From Candidatus Nomurabacteria bacterium (GTDB taxonomy: Bacteria; Patescibacteriota; Minisyncoccia; Phycocordibacterales; SBAW01): a DNA stretch of 64,000 bases. The stretch lies in NCBI GenBank assembly GCA_943356495.1, contig CALRFF010000001.1:24957-88956 (forward strand), given 5' to 3'. Within the stretch, counting starts at the first letter, position 1. Each line of letters starts with the position of its first letter. The notes under the pieces are model-generated. The model did not search any database. It was not told the origin of the DNA and saw nothing but the letters and a program-made list of their open reading frames with translations. Shown here in pieces: positions 26,932 to 37,884 of this stretch. The position numbers were made by a program, and so were the translations under genes.

Positions 26932-27640
26932 AGGTTGGTGTTGATACCGAGTCACTCTCGAGCGTTATCTCGCCAAAATGCTCCCCTTGCGTTGCTTTTA
27001 GTATACCCTGCTTGACCAGCTCTAAGAGCGCCAAAAATCCGACAATAACTTCGCCGCGCTCGCGTGCGCCGGCAAACTCTTTAAACGACATACGCATCGC
27101 CGAGGTAACGCGTGCCGCAAGATTGTCTATCATCTCCTCGAGCGACATAATTTTTTTAACCGCAACTTTAGGCAGCGTCAGCATGGTCGGGAAGCCGTCC
27201 ATGAGTGTTTGCGCCGCAGCGCGCAGCGAGCTTGGCGTTGCCGACGCGTCGGGCAAAAACAGCGGCTCTTGTGCGGGCGGGATGCCTTCGTACAATGCCG
27301 GCTCGCCCAGCTGCGCGCCGAGCCCGCGTGCGGCGTCTTTAAGCAGCTGATACACGGCCAGCCGGTACTCAAGTTCTTTAATATCGCGCGTTTCGTCGTC
27401 GCTTAGTTGTAGTGTCGGCAAGAGCGAGCGGGACTTAATTAACAAAAGCGTTGCGGCAAGACTGATAAACTCGGCTGTCTCGCCCACCGGCATGCTTTCT
27501 TGCGAGTTAACGCGCGCAATATACTCGTCGGTTACCGCGGCAAGCGAAATATCGTTGATAAGGAGCTTACGCTTTTCTATCAACTCCAACAGAAGGTCCA
27601 ACGGACCTTCGTAGACGGCTGTTTTGATACTAATGGGCAT
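26924..27640 (-). CDS. scpA: segregation and condensation protein A
   Basis: N-terminus YEGPLDLLLELIEKRKL is the ScpA signature. Confidence 0.85.
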   Translation of the reverse strand: MPISIKTAVYEGPLDLLLELIEKRKLLINDISLAAVTDEYIARVNSQESMPVGETAEFISLAATLLLIKSRSLLPTLQLSDDETRDIKELEYRLAVYQLLKDAARGLGAQLGEPALYEGIPPAQEPLFLPDASATPSSLRAAAQTLMDGFPTMLTLPKVAVKKIMSLEEMIDNLAARVTSAMRMSFKEFAGARERGEVIVGFLALLELVKQGILKATQGEHFGEITLESDSVSTPTYE

Positions 27641-29009
27641 GCTTTTCTATTAATGCAAGTAGAAAGCGCACGGGTGCGCCCGCCGCGCCTTTGGCCAAGT
27701 ACTCGCCCGCTACCGAAGTCATGCGTGGTGCCATGTCGATGTGTATCCACGGGGCGTCTAACTCTTTCGCAAACACCTCCAAAAACTTGCCGCCCGCGAT
27801 AACGCCGCCGTAGCGGCTGTTGCCTGCTGTCGAAATGTTGGGCACATCCGCAAATTTACCCTTAACCATGTCGTCATACTCCTCCCATAGCGGTAGTGGC
27901 CACATATAGTCGCCCGAGCTTTCGGCAAGCGCCATATAGTCGGCAATAGAGAAGCCTTTTTCGTTGGTCATAAAGGCACTGGCCTGCTCGCCGAGTGCTA
28001 CCAATGCTGCGCCGGTAAGCGTAGCAACGTCGGCAACCACCGCGGGGTTGTAACGCTTGGCATAGGTAATAGCATCGGCCAATATAACGCGGCCTTCGGC
28101 GTCGGTGTGCAGGATTTCTATCGTTTTACCTGACAGTGACTTCAAAATATCGCCGGGGCGCATGGCGTTGCTTGCGGAAGCGTTTTCGACCGCGGGTACC
28201 AGCGCTACTACGTTTACTTTGAGTTTTAGTTTTGCGGCTAGGGCAACGGCGTGTATCACCGAGGCGCCGCCCGACATGTCCATGTGCATTTCGTACATCG
28301 AATCACCGGGCTTTACCTGCAAACCGCCGGTATCAAACGTGACCCCTTTTCCTACAAGCACTACCGGTTTTTCTTTTTTATTAGCGCCCCAGTACTCCAT
28401 AACAATAAACTGCGGCTTTTCGGCAGAGCCGAGGCCCACGCCCAGCACGGCGCCCATGCCGAGCTTTTTCATTTCTTTTACACCGAGCGCCGACACTTGT
28501 ATGTTCTGTCCTTTTGCGGCAGCTTTGGCGGCGGCGGCAAGCAAGGCTGGGGTCATGTCGTTGCCGGGCGTGTTGGCTAGCTCGCGACAGGCGTTGACCT
28601 CCGCCCCGATAATTTTTCCGCGTGCAAAACCGGCTTCGGCTGTTTTGCTAGCACCAATAATCGCAACCGCGGTAACCTCGGGCCAGCCATCTTTAGGTGT
28701 TGTTTTGTAACCGGTTGGTTCGTAATTGGCCATGACAAAGGCGGTACCCGCCACCTGCCCCACTTCGTGGTCGGAGTAATCGTTGGGTGCAAACGATCTA
28801 ATATCCGTAAATGTCAGAGCAATAGCCGTACATTTATTTTGTTTGGCGACTGAAATAACTTTGCGCATACGCAGCACAAATTTGCGGCGGGTTATGGACT
28901 TTTCTGTACCGGTGCCGATAAAGAGTGTTTTGCCGTCAAAACGGGTAAGCAAACCCTCGATAAAGCTTATACGGGTAGCGTTTTTAGCGGGTTTTGACTG
29001 AAAGTGCAT
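27630..29009 (-). CDS. pepA: leucyl aminopeptidase (M17)
   Basis: M17 catalytic motif NTDAEGRVILADAITYA and surrounding metal ligands. Confidence 0.85.
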   Translation of the reverse strand: MHFQSKPAKNATRISFIEGLLTRFDGKTLFIGTGTEKSITRRKFVLRMRKVISVAKQNKCTAIALTFTDIRSFAPNDYSDHEVGQVAGTAFVMANYEPTGYKTTPKDGWPEVTAVAIIGASKTAEAGFARGKIIGAEVNACRELANTPGNDMTPALLAAAAKAAAKGQNIQVSALGVKEMKKLGMGAVLGVGLGSAEKPQFIVMEYWGANKKEKPVVLVGKGVTFDTGGLQVKPGDSMYEMHMDMSGGASVIHAVALAAKLKLKVNVVALVPAVENASASNAMRPGDILKSLSGKTIEILHTDAEGRVILADAITYAKRYNPAVVADVATLTGAALVALGEQASAFMTNEKGFSIADYMALAESSGDYMWPLPLWEEYDDMVKGKFADVPNISTAGNSRYGGVIAGGKFLEVFAKELDAPWIHIDMAPRMTSVAGEYLAKGAAGAPVRFLLALIEKHAH

Positions 29010-29048
29010 AGCAAAATTATACCTATAAAATAAGGGTTTTTCTACGCA

Positions 29049-29077
29049 TTGACAAAAAGCATAAAAAAGAGTATACT
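29049..29077 (+). promoter_or_regulatory. sigma70-type promoter (TTGACA-17 bp-TATACT)
   Basis: Consensus -35, a 17-bp AT-rich spacer and a near-consensus -10, about 60 bp upstream of the 29137 ORF. Confidence 0.5.
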
Positions 29078-29136
29078 AATAGCTAGTTGCATCGGCGCGC
29101 CAAAAATTTTGGTCCGCCAACTCATTGGGGGTTGTT

Positions 29137-29406
29137 ATGAAGACCGAACTGATCAGGTTGTCTTTCTGTGCTGTCGTTGCCGCGATGGTCCTGCTCTTGC
29201 TGGCTATCTTCAATGTCGGAACGACAACGATGTTCATCTTCTTCATTCTCATCGGCAAGGCTTCGTTTGCGTTGGGGGTGCCCTACCCGCTGGCGAGCGT
29301 GGTCGGCTTGTTCTTGCCGTTGGTGGCAACAACAGCTATCGTGCGGATTATCTTGGCCGCCGCGGCAGAGCTGATCAACCGTGATGCGCCGACGCAGACC
29401 GCCTAA
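29137..29406 (+). CDS. hypothetical small membrane protein (89 aa, 3 TM)
   Basis: ATG preceded by a G-rich stretch, the promoter upstream and the bidirectional terminator downstream. Confidence 0.45.
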   Translation: MKTELIRLSFCAVVAAMVLLLLAIFNVGTTTMFIFFILIGKASFALGVPYPLASVVGLFLPLVATTAIVRIILAAAAELINRDAPTQTA

Positions 29407-29483
29407 ACCTCTCTATCTTCTTGGTTCCCCGTGTACTACTTGGCCGCCTGACAGCAATGTCGGGCGGCTTTCTTTTTGTAGAT

Positions 29484-29516
29484 ATAAAAAACCGCCCAAC
29501 GTTGGGCGGTTTGTTG
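29484..29516. terminator. bidirectional terminator
   Basis: Perfect palindrome ACCGCCCAACGTTGGGCGGT flanked by AAAAA and TTTGTT. Confidence 0.6.
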
Positions 29517-30065
29517 TTAGCGGCGGTACAGAGCCGCCTTCTCGATCTGGATGATAGCCATCATGATCGAGTATTTGGAGAAGTCCTCGCGCGGCATCTT
29601 GGCGTCGGTGAGATAGCCGATGATACCGCCCTCGACCGCGCCTATCTTTTCGTGCTCGGTGTATCCGAGCTTTTTAAACGCAACACTGGCGTCGCCCTCG
29701 CCGCGCAGAATTGCTTCGGTGACGCCGGTGGGCCACTCGAACGCAGGCGAGAGCCCGAGTGCGACGTCTTTGCCGTCGTATATCGCGCAAGCACCCACCT
29801 CCATATAGCCGGATTTGGTGTGCGGCACCTCGATAAGTCCACCTTCGAGTCCGACACTGTAGGTGCAGCCGCCGGTGAAGGCCTGCTTGGCTCGTTCGAT
29901 GGCACCTTGGACCGTCTCCTCAAGATTCTTGGGGTGGCCAAACTCCTCGATCTGCACCTCAACGCCGATCACCTCGGCGTTTGGAAAGAGGTTGGGGTAC
30001 ATAGCGACCGCGTCGCGCAGCCCCGCAACTTTTGTGATGTTCTTTGAGCCTAGGTTGATTTTCAT
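29517..30065 (-). CDS. non-canonical purine NTP phosphatase (YjjX/DUF84 family)
   Basis: MKINLGSKNITKV...EVIGVEVQ matches the inosine/xanthosine triphosphatase family. Confidence 0.7.
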   Translation of the reverse strand: MKINLGSKNITKVAGLRDAVAMYPNLFPNAEVIGVEVQIEEFGHPKNLEETVQGAIERAKQAFTGGCTYSVGLEGGLIEVPHTKSGYMEVGACAIYDGKDVALGLSPAFEWPTGVTEAILRGEGDASVAFKKLGYTEHEKIGAVEGGIIGYLTDAKMPREDFSKYSIMMAIIQIEKAALYRR

Positions 30066-30102
30066 ACGAATCTCCTATTGGCGCGTCTGCAGGGACTATA
30101 GC

Positions 30103-31440
30103 CTAGTCTTTTTTGTCCGTCGAGAGGAGGGTGTCGATGCGGTTCATATCACGGGGGAAGGCTGTTGCTTCTTTAACATTAGGGAGCTCGAGCATGCGCG
30201 CGGTAAAGCGTTCAAGACCGGTCGATGAGCCCCCGTGCGGTGGGAGGCCGGTTTTAAAGGCCTGCAAATAGTACTCAAACTTTTTAGGGTCCAGCCCGCG
30301 CTCCTGCATGCGCGCTACCAATTGTTCGTAGTTATGGATACGCTGCGCGCCGGAGTTTATCTCGAGCCCGCGGAACAAAAGGTCAAACCCACGCGACAGC
30401 GGCGCCTCGCCCGGCTCTTCGTAGGTATAGAACGCGCGCTTTTTTGTAGGGAACCGCGTGATAAACACAAAGTCCGAGCTCAAATTCTTTTTTGCATACT
30501 CACAAATCTGTCGCTCGTCTTCCGGCGACATGTCGTTGGTGTCCTCGATGGTGCGATTGTACTCCTTGGCCACAAGCGCCTGCGCCTCGGCAAGGGTAAA
30601 CACGGGGATAGCCTCAGGCACCACAGGGACGGTGGTGTTAAACCGAGCAAACACATCAGAATGGGCCTCGGCTACCGCGCGTACCGTGTCTTTGACCGCT
30701 TGCTCAAGCACGGCCATGGGCTCGCGCTCGTTTTGTATAAAACCCATTTCAAAGTCGAGGCAGGTGGCCTCACTTAAGTGGCGGGTAGTAGCGCTTTTTT
30801 CTGCGCGGAATATCTTGGCTACAGTGAACGCGCGTTCAAACGGCCCCACCATAATTTGTTTGTAAAACTGCGGGCTCGTCGCAAGGTAAGCGGTACGGTC
30901 GTAAAAATAGTCGACCTTAAAAGCGGCCGCTCCCCCCTCGGCATCGCCGCCCACCAACGCCGGCGCAATAAACTCGGTAAAGCCCTGCGCGCGCAATGAG
31001 TTTCGGTACGCATCGAGTATAGATGCCTGCATGGTAAAAATATCCCTGCTGCGTTCGGTGCGCAGGGTAAACGGCAAGTGGTCGAGGTGGGTGTCGAGAT
31101 TAACCTCACCGCCGAGCTCAAATGGTATTTCAGCTTTCGAAAGTATTTCGATGTTAGTTATCTCAAGCTCGATATCGCCGTTTTGTACTCCCGCCTTACG
31201 ATTTTTTTCCGGTCGTTCGTTAACCTTACCCTCGACCGACACAATGTACTCGTTGCGGACCTCCTTAGCGGCCTCGATAGCCGGCGAGTTGGGCAACGTC
31301 ACTCCCTGCACCACACCCGAGCGGTCACGAAAGTCGAAGAATACCATTTTTCCTTGGTCGCGCCGCACGCTCACCCAGCCTTGTATAGCTGCAGTCTCGC
31401 CCTTCTTTCCCGCCAAATCGGCTAGTAGAGTTCTTTCCAT
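30103..31440 (-). CDS. aspS: aspartate--tRNA ligase, archaeal/type-2 form (AsnRS not excluded)
   Basis: OB-fold anticodon-binding N-terminal domain, class II motif 2 FRAEKSATTRHLSE and motif 3 with FPRD near the C-terminus. Length of 445 aa fits type-2 AspRS. Confidence 0.65.
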   Translation of the reverse strand: MERTLLADLAGKKGETAAIQGWVSVRRDQGKMVFFDFRDRSGVVQGVTLPNSPAIEAAKEVRNEYIVSVEGKVNERPEKNRKAGVQNGDIELEITNIEILSKAEIPFELGGEVNLDTHLDHLPFTLRTERSRDIFTMQASILDAYRNSLRAQGFTEFIAPALVGGDAEGGAAAFKVDYFYDRTAYLATSPQFYKQIMVGPFERAFTVAKIFRAEKSATTRHLSEATCLDFEMGFIQNEREPMAVLEQAVKDTVRAVAEAHSDVFARFNTTVPVVPEAIPVFTLAEAQALVAKEYNRTIEDTNDMSPEDERQICEYAKKNLSSDFVFITRFPTKKRAFYTYEEPGEAPLSRGFDLLFRGLEINSGAQRIHNYEQLVARMQERGLDPKKFEYYLQAFKTGLPPHGGSSTGLERFTARMLELPNVKEATAFPRDMNRIDTLLSTDKKD

Positions 31441-31444
31441 AAAA

Positions 31445-32416
31445 TTAGTAGAGTCCTACTCCTATTTTTTCACGAACCTCTTTCATTTTTGCGTCAGCGC
31501 GGGCGCGGGCAACCTCGCCGCCGTCTTTGAGTATCTGTATAACCGCTTCGCGGCTTAGCGCCGCACGCTTTTCGCGCATGGGGCTTACGGTCGCGATAAT
31601 ATTTTCGGCTAAAATCTCTTTAGATTTCTTATAGCCGATAGTCCCCTCGCGGTAGCGCTGCTCGAGCTCTTTGATGTTGGGGCTAAAGTGCTTATGCATC
31701 GCAAAGGCTATGTCGGTCTCGGGGTTAAGCGGCGCACCCACGGGCGTCGAGTCGGTGGTAATGCTCATAACCGCAGTGCGGATAGCATCGTCTGTGCCGA
31801 ACAGCGGTATCGTGTTGCCGTAGCTCTTGCTCATTTTTTTTCCGTCGACGCCCGGCACCGTGCCCACATGGCTCATAATCAGCTCTTTAGGCTCGGTAAA
31901 GGTTTGACCGTACGCGACGTTAAATTTGTTGGCTGCCTCGCGGCTGTACTCCAAATGCTGACGCTGGTCCTCACCTACCGGTACAAAGTGCGTGTCGTAG
32001 AGGAGTATGTCGGCCGCCATAAGCATCGGGTAGTTAAAGAGCCCCGCGTTGGCCTCGAGCCCTTTGGCTACTTTGTCTTTGTAGGCGTGCGCTTGGCTTA
32101 AAAAGGGGACAGTTACTAAACACTCAAATATCCACGCCAGCTCGGTGTGCGCCGGCACGTCGGATTGCTTAAAAATAACTACATCGGCGGGGTTAATGCC
32201 GGCGGCTACGTAGTCGGCCACCACGTCTATCGTATTTTCTTTAAGCTGCGTGGCGTTTTTAACCGAGGTAAGCGCATGGTAGTCGGCAATCATAAGCATC
32301 GCCTCGTACTCGGGTGCCGTGTCGGCAAAGGGCTTAAGCGCCCCCAAATAATTACCGATATGCAACTGCCCGCTCGGCTGAAGGCCTGTAAGTAAGCGTT
32401 TTTTTGCGTCGGTCAT
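31445..32416 (-). CDS. trpS: tryptophan--tRNA ligase
   Basis: HIGH variant (SGQLHIGNYLGAL) and KMSKS (KMSKSYGN). Confidence 0.9.
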   Translation of the reverse strand: MTDAKKRLLTGLQPSGQLHIGNYLGALKPFADTAPEYEAMLMIADYHALTSVKNATQLKENTIDVVADYVAAGINPADVVIFKQSDVPAHTELAWIFECLVTVPFLSQAHAYKDKVAKGLEANAGLFNYPMLMAADILLYDTHFVPVGEDQRQHLEYSREAANKFNVAYGQTFTEPKELIMSHVGTVPGVDGKKMSKSYGNTIPLFGTDDAIRTAVMSITTDSTPVGAPLNPETDIAFAMHKHFSPNIKELEQRYREGTIGYKKSKEILAENIIATVSPMREKRAALSREAVIQILKDGGEVARARADAKMKEVREKIGVGLY

Positions 32417-32519
32417 GGAGCCTACTATAACAGACTAATTTTTATTCCTCCACCTGCACGGGCTCGGGCACTATACCCAACCATTCTAGTATTTTAGTTA
32501 TCAGTGTCTCTCTCATAAG

Positions 32520-33614
32520 TTATATTCCCTCCTCTCGCAGTTTTTCAATGAAACCTTTAGCCGTGCGGGAAAGCTTGCTGGGCAGCTGTATTTTGACCCG
32601 CACCAAAAGGTCGCCGCGCTTGCCGCGCGAGGGCACGCCCTTGCCCTTAACTTTAATAAGTTCGCCGTGGGTAAGACCCGCGGGGATATCAATCACCTCT
32701 TCGCCCTCGAGTGTCTGCAAGGTGTAGGTGGTGCCCAAGAGCGCGTCGGTAAGCTTGACCGACAGCTCGGTTAGAAGGTTTGGACCTTCTTTTTTAAACC
32801 GCGCGTCGGGGGTTACGTGCACCTTTACATATAGGTCGCCCGAGGTGCCCGCCGATACCGCCTCGCCCATGGAGGTCAAGCGGATCATCTCGCCGGCTTC
32901 GATACCCGCAGGCACCACAATTTCTATCTCTTCTTGTTTTTTGTAGACGCCTTCGCCGCGGCAGGTCGGGCACTTTTCTTTAGGAATTTTGCCGGAGCCT
33001 TTGCAATGACGGCACGGCTGTATCATCGTAACGGTGCCAAAAAAAGACTGTGACGTTTCGTGCACCTTGCCTTGCCCGGCGCAATGCGTGCAGGTCAGCA
33101 TTTCGGTACCCATCACCGCGCCGCTTCCTTGGCAGGAGTCGCATACGGCCGTTTTTGCCAAGAGTACCGTCCGCTTGGTGCCGAACACCGACTCTTTAAA
33201 ACTAATTTCAAGGTCGATAGAAATATCGCGTCCGCGCTTTTGGCGGGTAGTGCTGGCTTGGCCTGCAAAAAAGTCGCTAAAGATGTCGCCCATGTCAAAA
33301 CCGGCGCCGCCTTGGTTAAACGCTTCTTGGAACTGCGAAAAGTCGAAACCGGCGCCCCCAAAGCCCCCAAATCCGCCGCCTTGCGGGCCCGCGCCGCCCT
33401 CGAACACGCGACCGTAACTGTCGTACTCGGCGCGTTTTTTGTCGTCGCTCAGTATCGAGTAGGCCTCGCTCAGCTGTTTAAACTTTTCCGCATTACCTTC
33501 CTTTTTGTCGGGGTGATATTTATGGGCGAGCTTGTGGAACGCCTTCTTTATGTCTTCTTTGCTTGCGGTTTTGGTGACTCCCAGTGTTTCGTAATAGTCG
33601 GGTTTTTGAGCCAT
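32520..33614 (-). CDS. dnaJ: chaperone DnaJ
   Basis: J-domain with HPD (KYHPDK), a G/F-rich region and four CxxCxGxG zinc-finger repeats. Start taken at MAQKPDYY. Confidence 0.9.
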   Translation of the reverse strand: MAQKPDYYETLGVTKTASKEDIKKAFHKLAHKYHPDKKEGNAEKFKQLSEAYSILSDDKKRAEYDSYGRVFEGGAGPQGGGFGGFGGAGFDFSQFQEAFNQGGAGFDMGDIFSDFFAGQASTTRQKRGRDISIDLEISFKESVFGTKRTVLLAKTAVCDSCQGSGAVMGTEMLTCTHCAGQGKVHETSQSFFGTVTMIQPCRHCKGSGKIPKEKCPTCRGEGVYKKQEEIEIVVPAGIEAGEMIRLTSMGEAVSAGTSGDLYVKVHVTPDARFKKEGPNLLTELSVKLTDALLGTTYTLQTLEGEEVIDIPAGLTHGELIKVKGKGVPSRGKRGDLLVRVKIQLPSKLSRTAKGFIEKLREEGI

Positions 33615-33627
33615 AGATAAAAGTATT

Positions 33628-35451
33628 CTACTGCTCTTCTTGGGGTACAGCAAGCTCGGCCGTAACGTCGAAGTCATCTACAATAAATCCGCCCGCCTGT
33701 ATGCTCCAAAGCTTATGGTACAAACCGCCTTCTTTCAGCAGTTCATCATGTGTGCCGTCGGCCACTACTTTGCCGTCCTCGAGCACGACTATCCTGTCCA
33801 TCTTCATAATGGTACTCAGGCGGTGCGCAATAACCAACACCGTTTTGTTTTGCATCAGCGTCGCAAGCGCGTCTTGGATTAACATTTCCGACTCGGAGTC
33901 GAGTGATGAAGTGGCTTCGTCGAGCACCAGTATTGGCGAATTTTTGAGTATCGCGCGGGCTATAGCCACACGCTGACGCTCGCCGCCGGAGAGTTTGATG
34001 CCGCGCTCGCCCACAAAGGTGTTGTATTTAAGCGGCAACTTTTCTATAAACTCGGCGCAATGCGCGGCTTTGGCGGCGGCGACAACCTCCTCGTCGGTGG
34101 CGTCGCGACGGCCGTAGCGGATGTTCTCCATCAACGTGCGATGAAAGAGTATGGGCTCTTGCGGCACAAAGGCGATAGCATCGCGCAAAGAGTCCTGCGT
34201 TACATCGGCAATATTCTGCCCGTCTATGCTAATGGTGCCCATCGGCACGTCATACAGGCGCAAGAGTAGTTTTGTAATAGTAGACTTGCCGGCACCCGAC
34301 GGTCCGACCAACGCCACCTTTTGGCGGCCCGGTATCGCAACCGAAAAATCGTGCAGCACCGGCGATGTTTTTTGAAAGTAAAACTTAATGCCGCTAAATG
34401 CAATCGCACCTTCCGTAACGGCGAGCTTTTTAGCGCTCGGCTTATCTTTAATCTCATGCGGCAGTTTGAGTATGTGCACCATCTCGGCCGCATCGGAGAA
34501 GGAATTAAAGAAACGGCGCAGTTCGCGATTGATGCTTACCAGCCGGTCGAACACGGTCATAAGGTACGCTTGGATAAGTACAAAGTCTCCTATCGTGACA
34601 AGACCTTGCTGCCACAACTTGACCGCGCCAAAGAGGAGGCCCATTTCGATCACAATAATAAAGAGGCCGATCCCCGCCCAAATAGAGTGGTCGACGGTCC
34701 ATGTACGGAGAGTTGCTTTACGCCAGACTTCGACTACGCCGCCAAAGAGTGTGCGCTCAAAAACGGTACCGGAAAAAAGCGCGATAGTCGATTGATTACC
34801 TATCGCATCGGCCAGAGTACCGGTCATGCGGCTATCCGCGGCAGAGAGCTCGGCGCGCACGGGTTGCCGCATGCGCGCTACTTTGATCTGAAATATCAGG
34901 AAGACAATCGTCCATGCGAGCAAGCCCAGCCCCAGCCAATGATTGCGGAAGAAAAGCACGATGATGGCGCCGGAGACGAAAACAAAAGTCGGTATAAACG
35001 AAATTACGACGGTATCGAACAAGGACTCAAACGAACGCCCGAACTTGCTTACTTTGTGAGTTAACGTGCCGGCGAAGTTCGACGTAAAAAAGTTGTACGA
35101 ATGCCCGACAAGATAGCTAAACGTGTTAGTGAGCAGGTTTGTCATCACCCGTGTCTCCAAGTTGATGTTGGCTATCTCTTGTACGCGGCGGCCGATCCAC
35201 TCGACAAGCCACATTGCGGTCACAACCCACAACACCCCAAAAAGCACCCCTACGGCCTGATCGCCGGGGTTAGAAGACGCAAGAAGGTTGAAGAATTGCC
35301 GCATATACAGCGGCGCCACAAGCATGCCCGCCTGAACAATAAAGCCTCCGACAAGCACAAGAACCAACAGCACTTTATGCTGCCGCAACTCATGCCAATA
35401 CGCACGAAATACATCTCCGGCCGAAGCCAGTTTTTTGGATTCACCCTGCAT
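33628..35451 (-). CDS. ABC exporter, fused permease/ATPase (MsbA-like)
   Basis: Six-TM N-terminal domain plus Walker A GPSGAGKST, LSGGERQRVAIARA and a Walker B region. Confidence 0.85.
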   Translation of the reverse strand: MQGESKKLASAGDVFRAYWHELRQHKVLLVLVLVGGFIVQAGMLVAPLYMRQFFNLLASSNPGDQAVGVLFGVLWVVTAMWLVEWIGRRVQEIANINLETRVMTNLLTNTFSYLVGHSYNFFTSNFAGTLTHKVSKFGRSFESLFDTVVISFIPTFVFVSGAIIVLFFRNHWLGLGLLAWTIVFLIFQIKVARMRQPVRAELSAADSRMTGTLADAIGNQSTIALFSGTVFERTLFGGVVEVWRKATLRTWTVDHSIWAGIGLFIIVIEMGLLFGAVKLWQQGLVTIGDFVLIQAYLMTVFDRLVSINRELRRFFNSFSDAAEMVHILKLPHEIKDKPSAKKLAVTEGAIAFSGIKFYFQKTSPVLHDFSVAIPGRQKVALVGPSGAGKSTITKLLLRLYDVPMGTISIDGQNIADVTQDSLRDAIAFVPQEPILFHRTLMENIRYGRRDATDEEVVAAAKAAHCAEFIEKLPLKYNTFVGERGIKLSGGERQRVAIARAILKNSPILVLDEATSSLDSESEMLIQDALATLMQNKTVLVIAHRLSTIMKMDRIVVLEDGKVVADGTHDELLKEGGLYHKLWSIQAGGFIVDDFDVTAELAVPQEEQ

Positions 35452-35484
35452 TACTTACACTATACCACAGTTTGACAGAAAAGA

Positions 35485-37374
35485 CTATTTCTTGTCTGCC
35501 TCAGGCGGAGGAGTTTGCTCGGCTGCAGGCGGCTGCTCGGGCGGAGTTTGTTGGGCGGTCGCTTTTTGGATAGCTTCGTAGACTTTTGAGAGCTCTTTGC
35601 TTAACTCTTCGGTCGCGGTGCGGGTTGCGGCTGCGTCTTCCCCCGCTTTTACTTTCTCTACCGCGGCAATCTTTTCGTTTATTGCGGTCTCAAGCTCTAC
35701 CGGTATTTTTGCCTTGTTGTCGGCAAGCGCCTTTTTAGCTCCATATACGGCTTGGTCGGCTACATTGCGAACTTCAGCCAGCTCGATCTTTTTCTTGTCG
35801 TCTGCGGCATTAGCCTCGGCATCTTTGCGCATACGCTCGATATCCTGTTCGCTCAGGCCTGAAGAACCTTCTATGCGGATACTTTGTTCTTTGCCGGTTG
35901 TTTTGTCTTTTGCCTTTACGGTCAATATGCCGTTAGCGTCGACGTCAAAGGTAACTTCTACCTGCGGGAGCCCGCGCGGCGCCGGCGGTATGCCGTCGAG
36001 CACAAAGCGACCGAGGGACTTGTTGTCCGATGCCATCGCGCGCTCGCCTTGGGTAATGTGTATCTCTACACTAGTTTGATTGTCCGCCGCGGTGCTAAAG
36101 GTTTGCGAGCGGCTGGTCGGGATAGTCGTGTTGCGCTCGATAAGCTTGGTCGCCACGCCGCCCATAGTTTCGATACCCATCGACAACGGGATAACATCAA
36201 GCAGCAACACGTCGCGCACCTCGCCGCCCAAGATCCCGCCCTGTATGGCGGCGCCTATAGCCACCACCTCGTCGGGGTTAACGGACATGTTGGGCTTTTT
36301 GGCAAAATACTTTTCTACCGCGGCCTGCATGGCGGGCATGCGGGTCTGGCCGCCGACCAAAATCACTTCGTTAATATCGCCTATTTTAAACGGCGAGGCT
36401 TCCATCGCGCGCTTGGTGATAGCCATCGCGCGCTCGATAAACTCGTTCGACAACTCTTCGAGCTTGGCGCGGGTTAGTTTAAGCAGCAAGTGGCGCGGGC
36501 CGGACGCGTCGGAAGTGATAAACGGTATGTTTATCTCGCTTTCAAGCGCGGTGCTCAGCTCTATTTTTGCCTTTTCGGCCGCTTCGTCCAAGCGCTGGCG
36601 GGCCAACGGGTCGTTGCGCACATCTATAGCCGACTCTTTTTGAAACTCAGTGGCTATCCAGTCGATTATTTTTTGGTCAATGTCTTTACCGCCCAAATGT
36701 GCGTCGCCGTCGGTCGAGCGGACCTCGATGCTGCCTTCGTTTTCGCCGCCCATTACTACCTCGAGCACCGAGATGTCAAAGGTGCCGCCGCCAAAGTCAA
36801 AGACCACTACCTTTTCGTCTTTCTTTTTGTTAAAGCCGTAGGCAAGTGCCGCCGCAGTAGGCTCGTTGATGATGCGCTTTACATCAAGGCCGGCAATTTT
36901 GCCCGCGTCGCGGGTGGCGGCGCGCTGGGCGTCGTTAAAGTAGGCGGGCACGGTAATAACCGCCTCGGTAATAGGCTCACCCAAGCGCTTTTCGGCATCG
37001 GCCTTGAGCTTGCCGAGAATCATCGCCGAAACCTCTTCGGGGCGGAACCACTGGTCCCCCATCTGCACCTCAATGCCGCCGTTAGCCGACTTGCGCATCT
37101 CGTACGGTACCGATGCTTTGTCTTTTTGCACCAACGGTTCGTCGAACATGTGTCCGATAAAGCGTTTTATCTGGTAGACCGTATTTTTAGGGTTGGTTAC
37201 CGCTTGGCGGCGTGCAATAAGCCCTACCAACCGCTCGGCGGTTTTAGAGGTGGCCACAACCGACGGCGTGGTACGGGCGCCTTCTGAGTTTTCCAGTATC
37301 TGGGGCTCACCGCCGCGCATGACCGCCATTGCGGAGTTTGTCGTGCCCAAGTCGATTCCAAGTATTTTACCCAT
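35485..37374 (-). CDS. dnaK: chaperone DnaK (Hsp70)
   Basis: [18 protein letters not shown]... is canonical Hsp70 over its full length. Confidence 0.95.
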   Translation of the reverse strand: MGKILGIDLGTTNSAMAVMRGGEPQILENSEGARTTPSVVATSKTAERLVGLIARRQAVTNPKNTVYQIKRFIGHMFDEPLVQKDKASVPYEMRKSANGGIEVQMGDQWFRPEEVSAMILGKLKADAEKRLGEPITEAVITVPAYFNDAQRAATRDAGKIAGLDVKRIINEPTAAALAYGFNKKKDEKVVVFDFGGGTFDISVLEVVMGGENEGSIEVRSTDGDAHLGGKDIDQKIIDWIATEFQKESAIDVRNDPLARQRLDEAAEKAKIELSTALESEINIPFITSDASGPRHLLLKLTRAKLEELSNEFIERAMAITKRAMEASPFKIGDINEVILVGGQTRMPAMQAAVEKYFAKKPNMSVNPDEVVAIGAAIQGGILGGEVRDVLLLDVIPLSMGIETMGGVATKLIERNTTIPTSRSQTFSTAADNQTSVEIHITQGERAMASDNKSLGRFVLDGIPPAPRGLPQVEVTFDVDANGILTVKAKDKTTGKEQSIRIEGSSGLSEQDIERMRKDAEANAADDKKKIELAEVRNVADQAVYGAKKALADNKAKIPVELETAINEKIAAVEKVKAGEDAAATRTATEELSKELSKVYEAIQKATAQQTPPEQPPAAEQTPPPEADKK

Positions 37375-37386
37375 ATAATTTTCTTT

Positions 37387-37866
37387 TTATATAATTACCT
37401 GTGCAGGCCTGATAATATGGTTGTCTATTTTATATCCGCTACGCTCAACTGATGCAACGGTATGGTCTTCTCCCCGCTTAGCCAGTGCTTCGTGTTTGTG
37501 CGGGTCAAACTCATCTCCTACTGTACCAAATCGCTCCACGCCGATTTTACGTAACGACTCCAAAAACTGCTTCTCCAGCATCTTCAGTGTCGGTGTCTGC
37601 TCGTGCTTAAGCGACAACTCAAGCGCGTCTAATGCGGGCAACAGTTCTTCGATAAGGTTTGCGGTAATACGTGCTTCTTTGTCGGCGTGGATAGTTGCCT
37701 CCTCGCGTTTAAAGTTGGCAAAATCCGCGCGGGAGCGTTGCCAGCCTTCGAGGTATTCCTGCTTTTCCTCAACCGCTTTTTTTAGTTTCTCGCGCAAGCG
37801 TTTGAGCGCAGCCGGCCCCTCTTCTGCCTCCTCTTCGGAGACAAGCTCATCATCTCCAGTCTGCAT
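37387..37866 (-). CDS. grpE: nucleotide exchange factor GrpE
   Basis: Coiled-coil followed by the C-terminal GrpE domain. Start set at MQTGDD; upstream in-frame extension discarded. Confidence 0.75.
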   Translation of the reverse strand: MQTGDDELVSEEEAEEGPAALKRLREKLKKAVEEKQEYLEGWQRSRADFANFKREEATIHADKEARITANLIEELLPALDALELSLKHEQTPTLKMLEKQFLESLRKIGVERFGTVGDEFDPHKHEALAKRGEDHTVASVERSGYKIDNHIIRPAQVII

Positions 37867-37884
37867 ACGTTGCACTATTGTAAA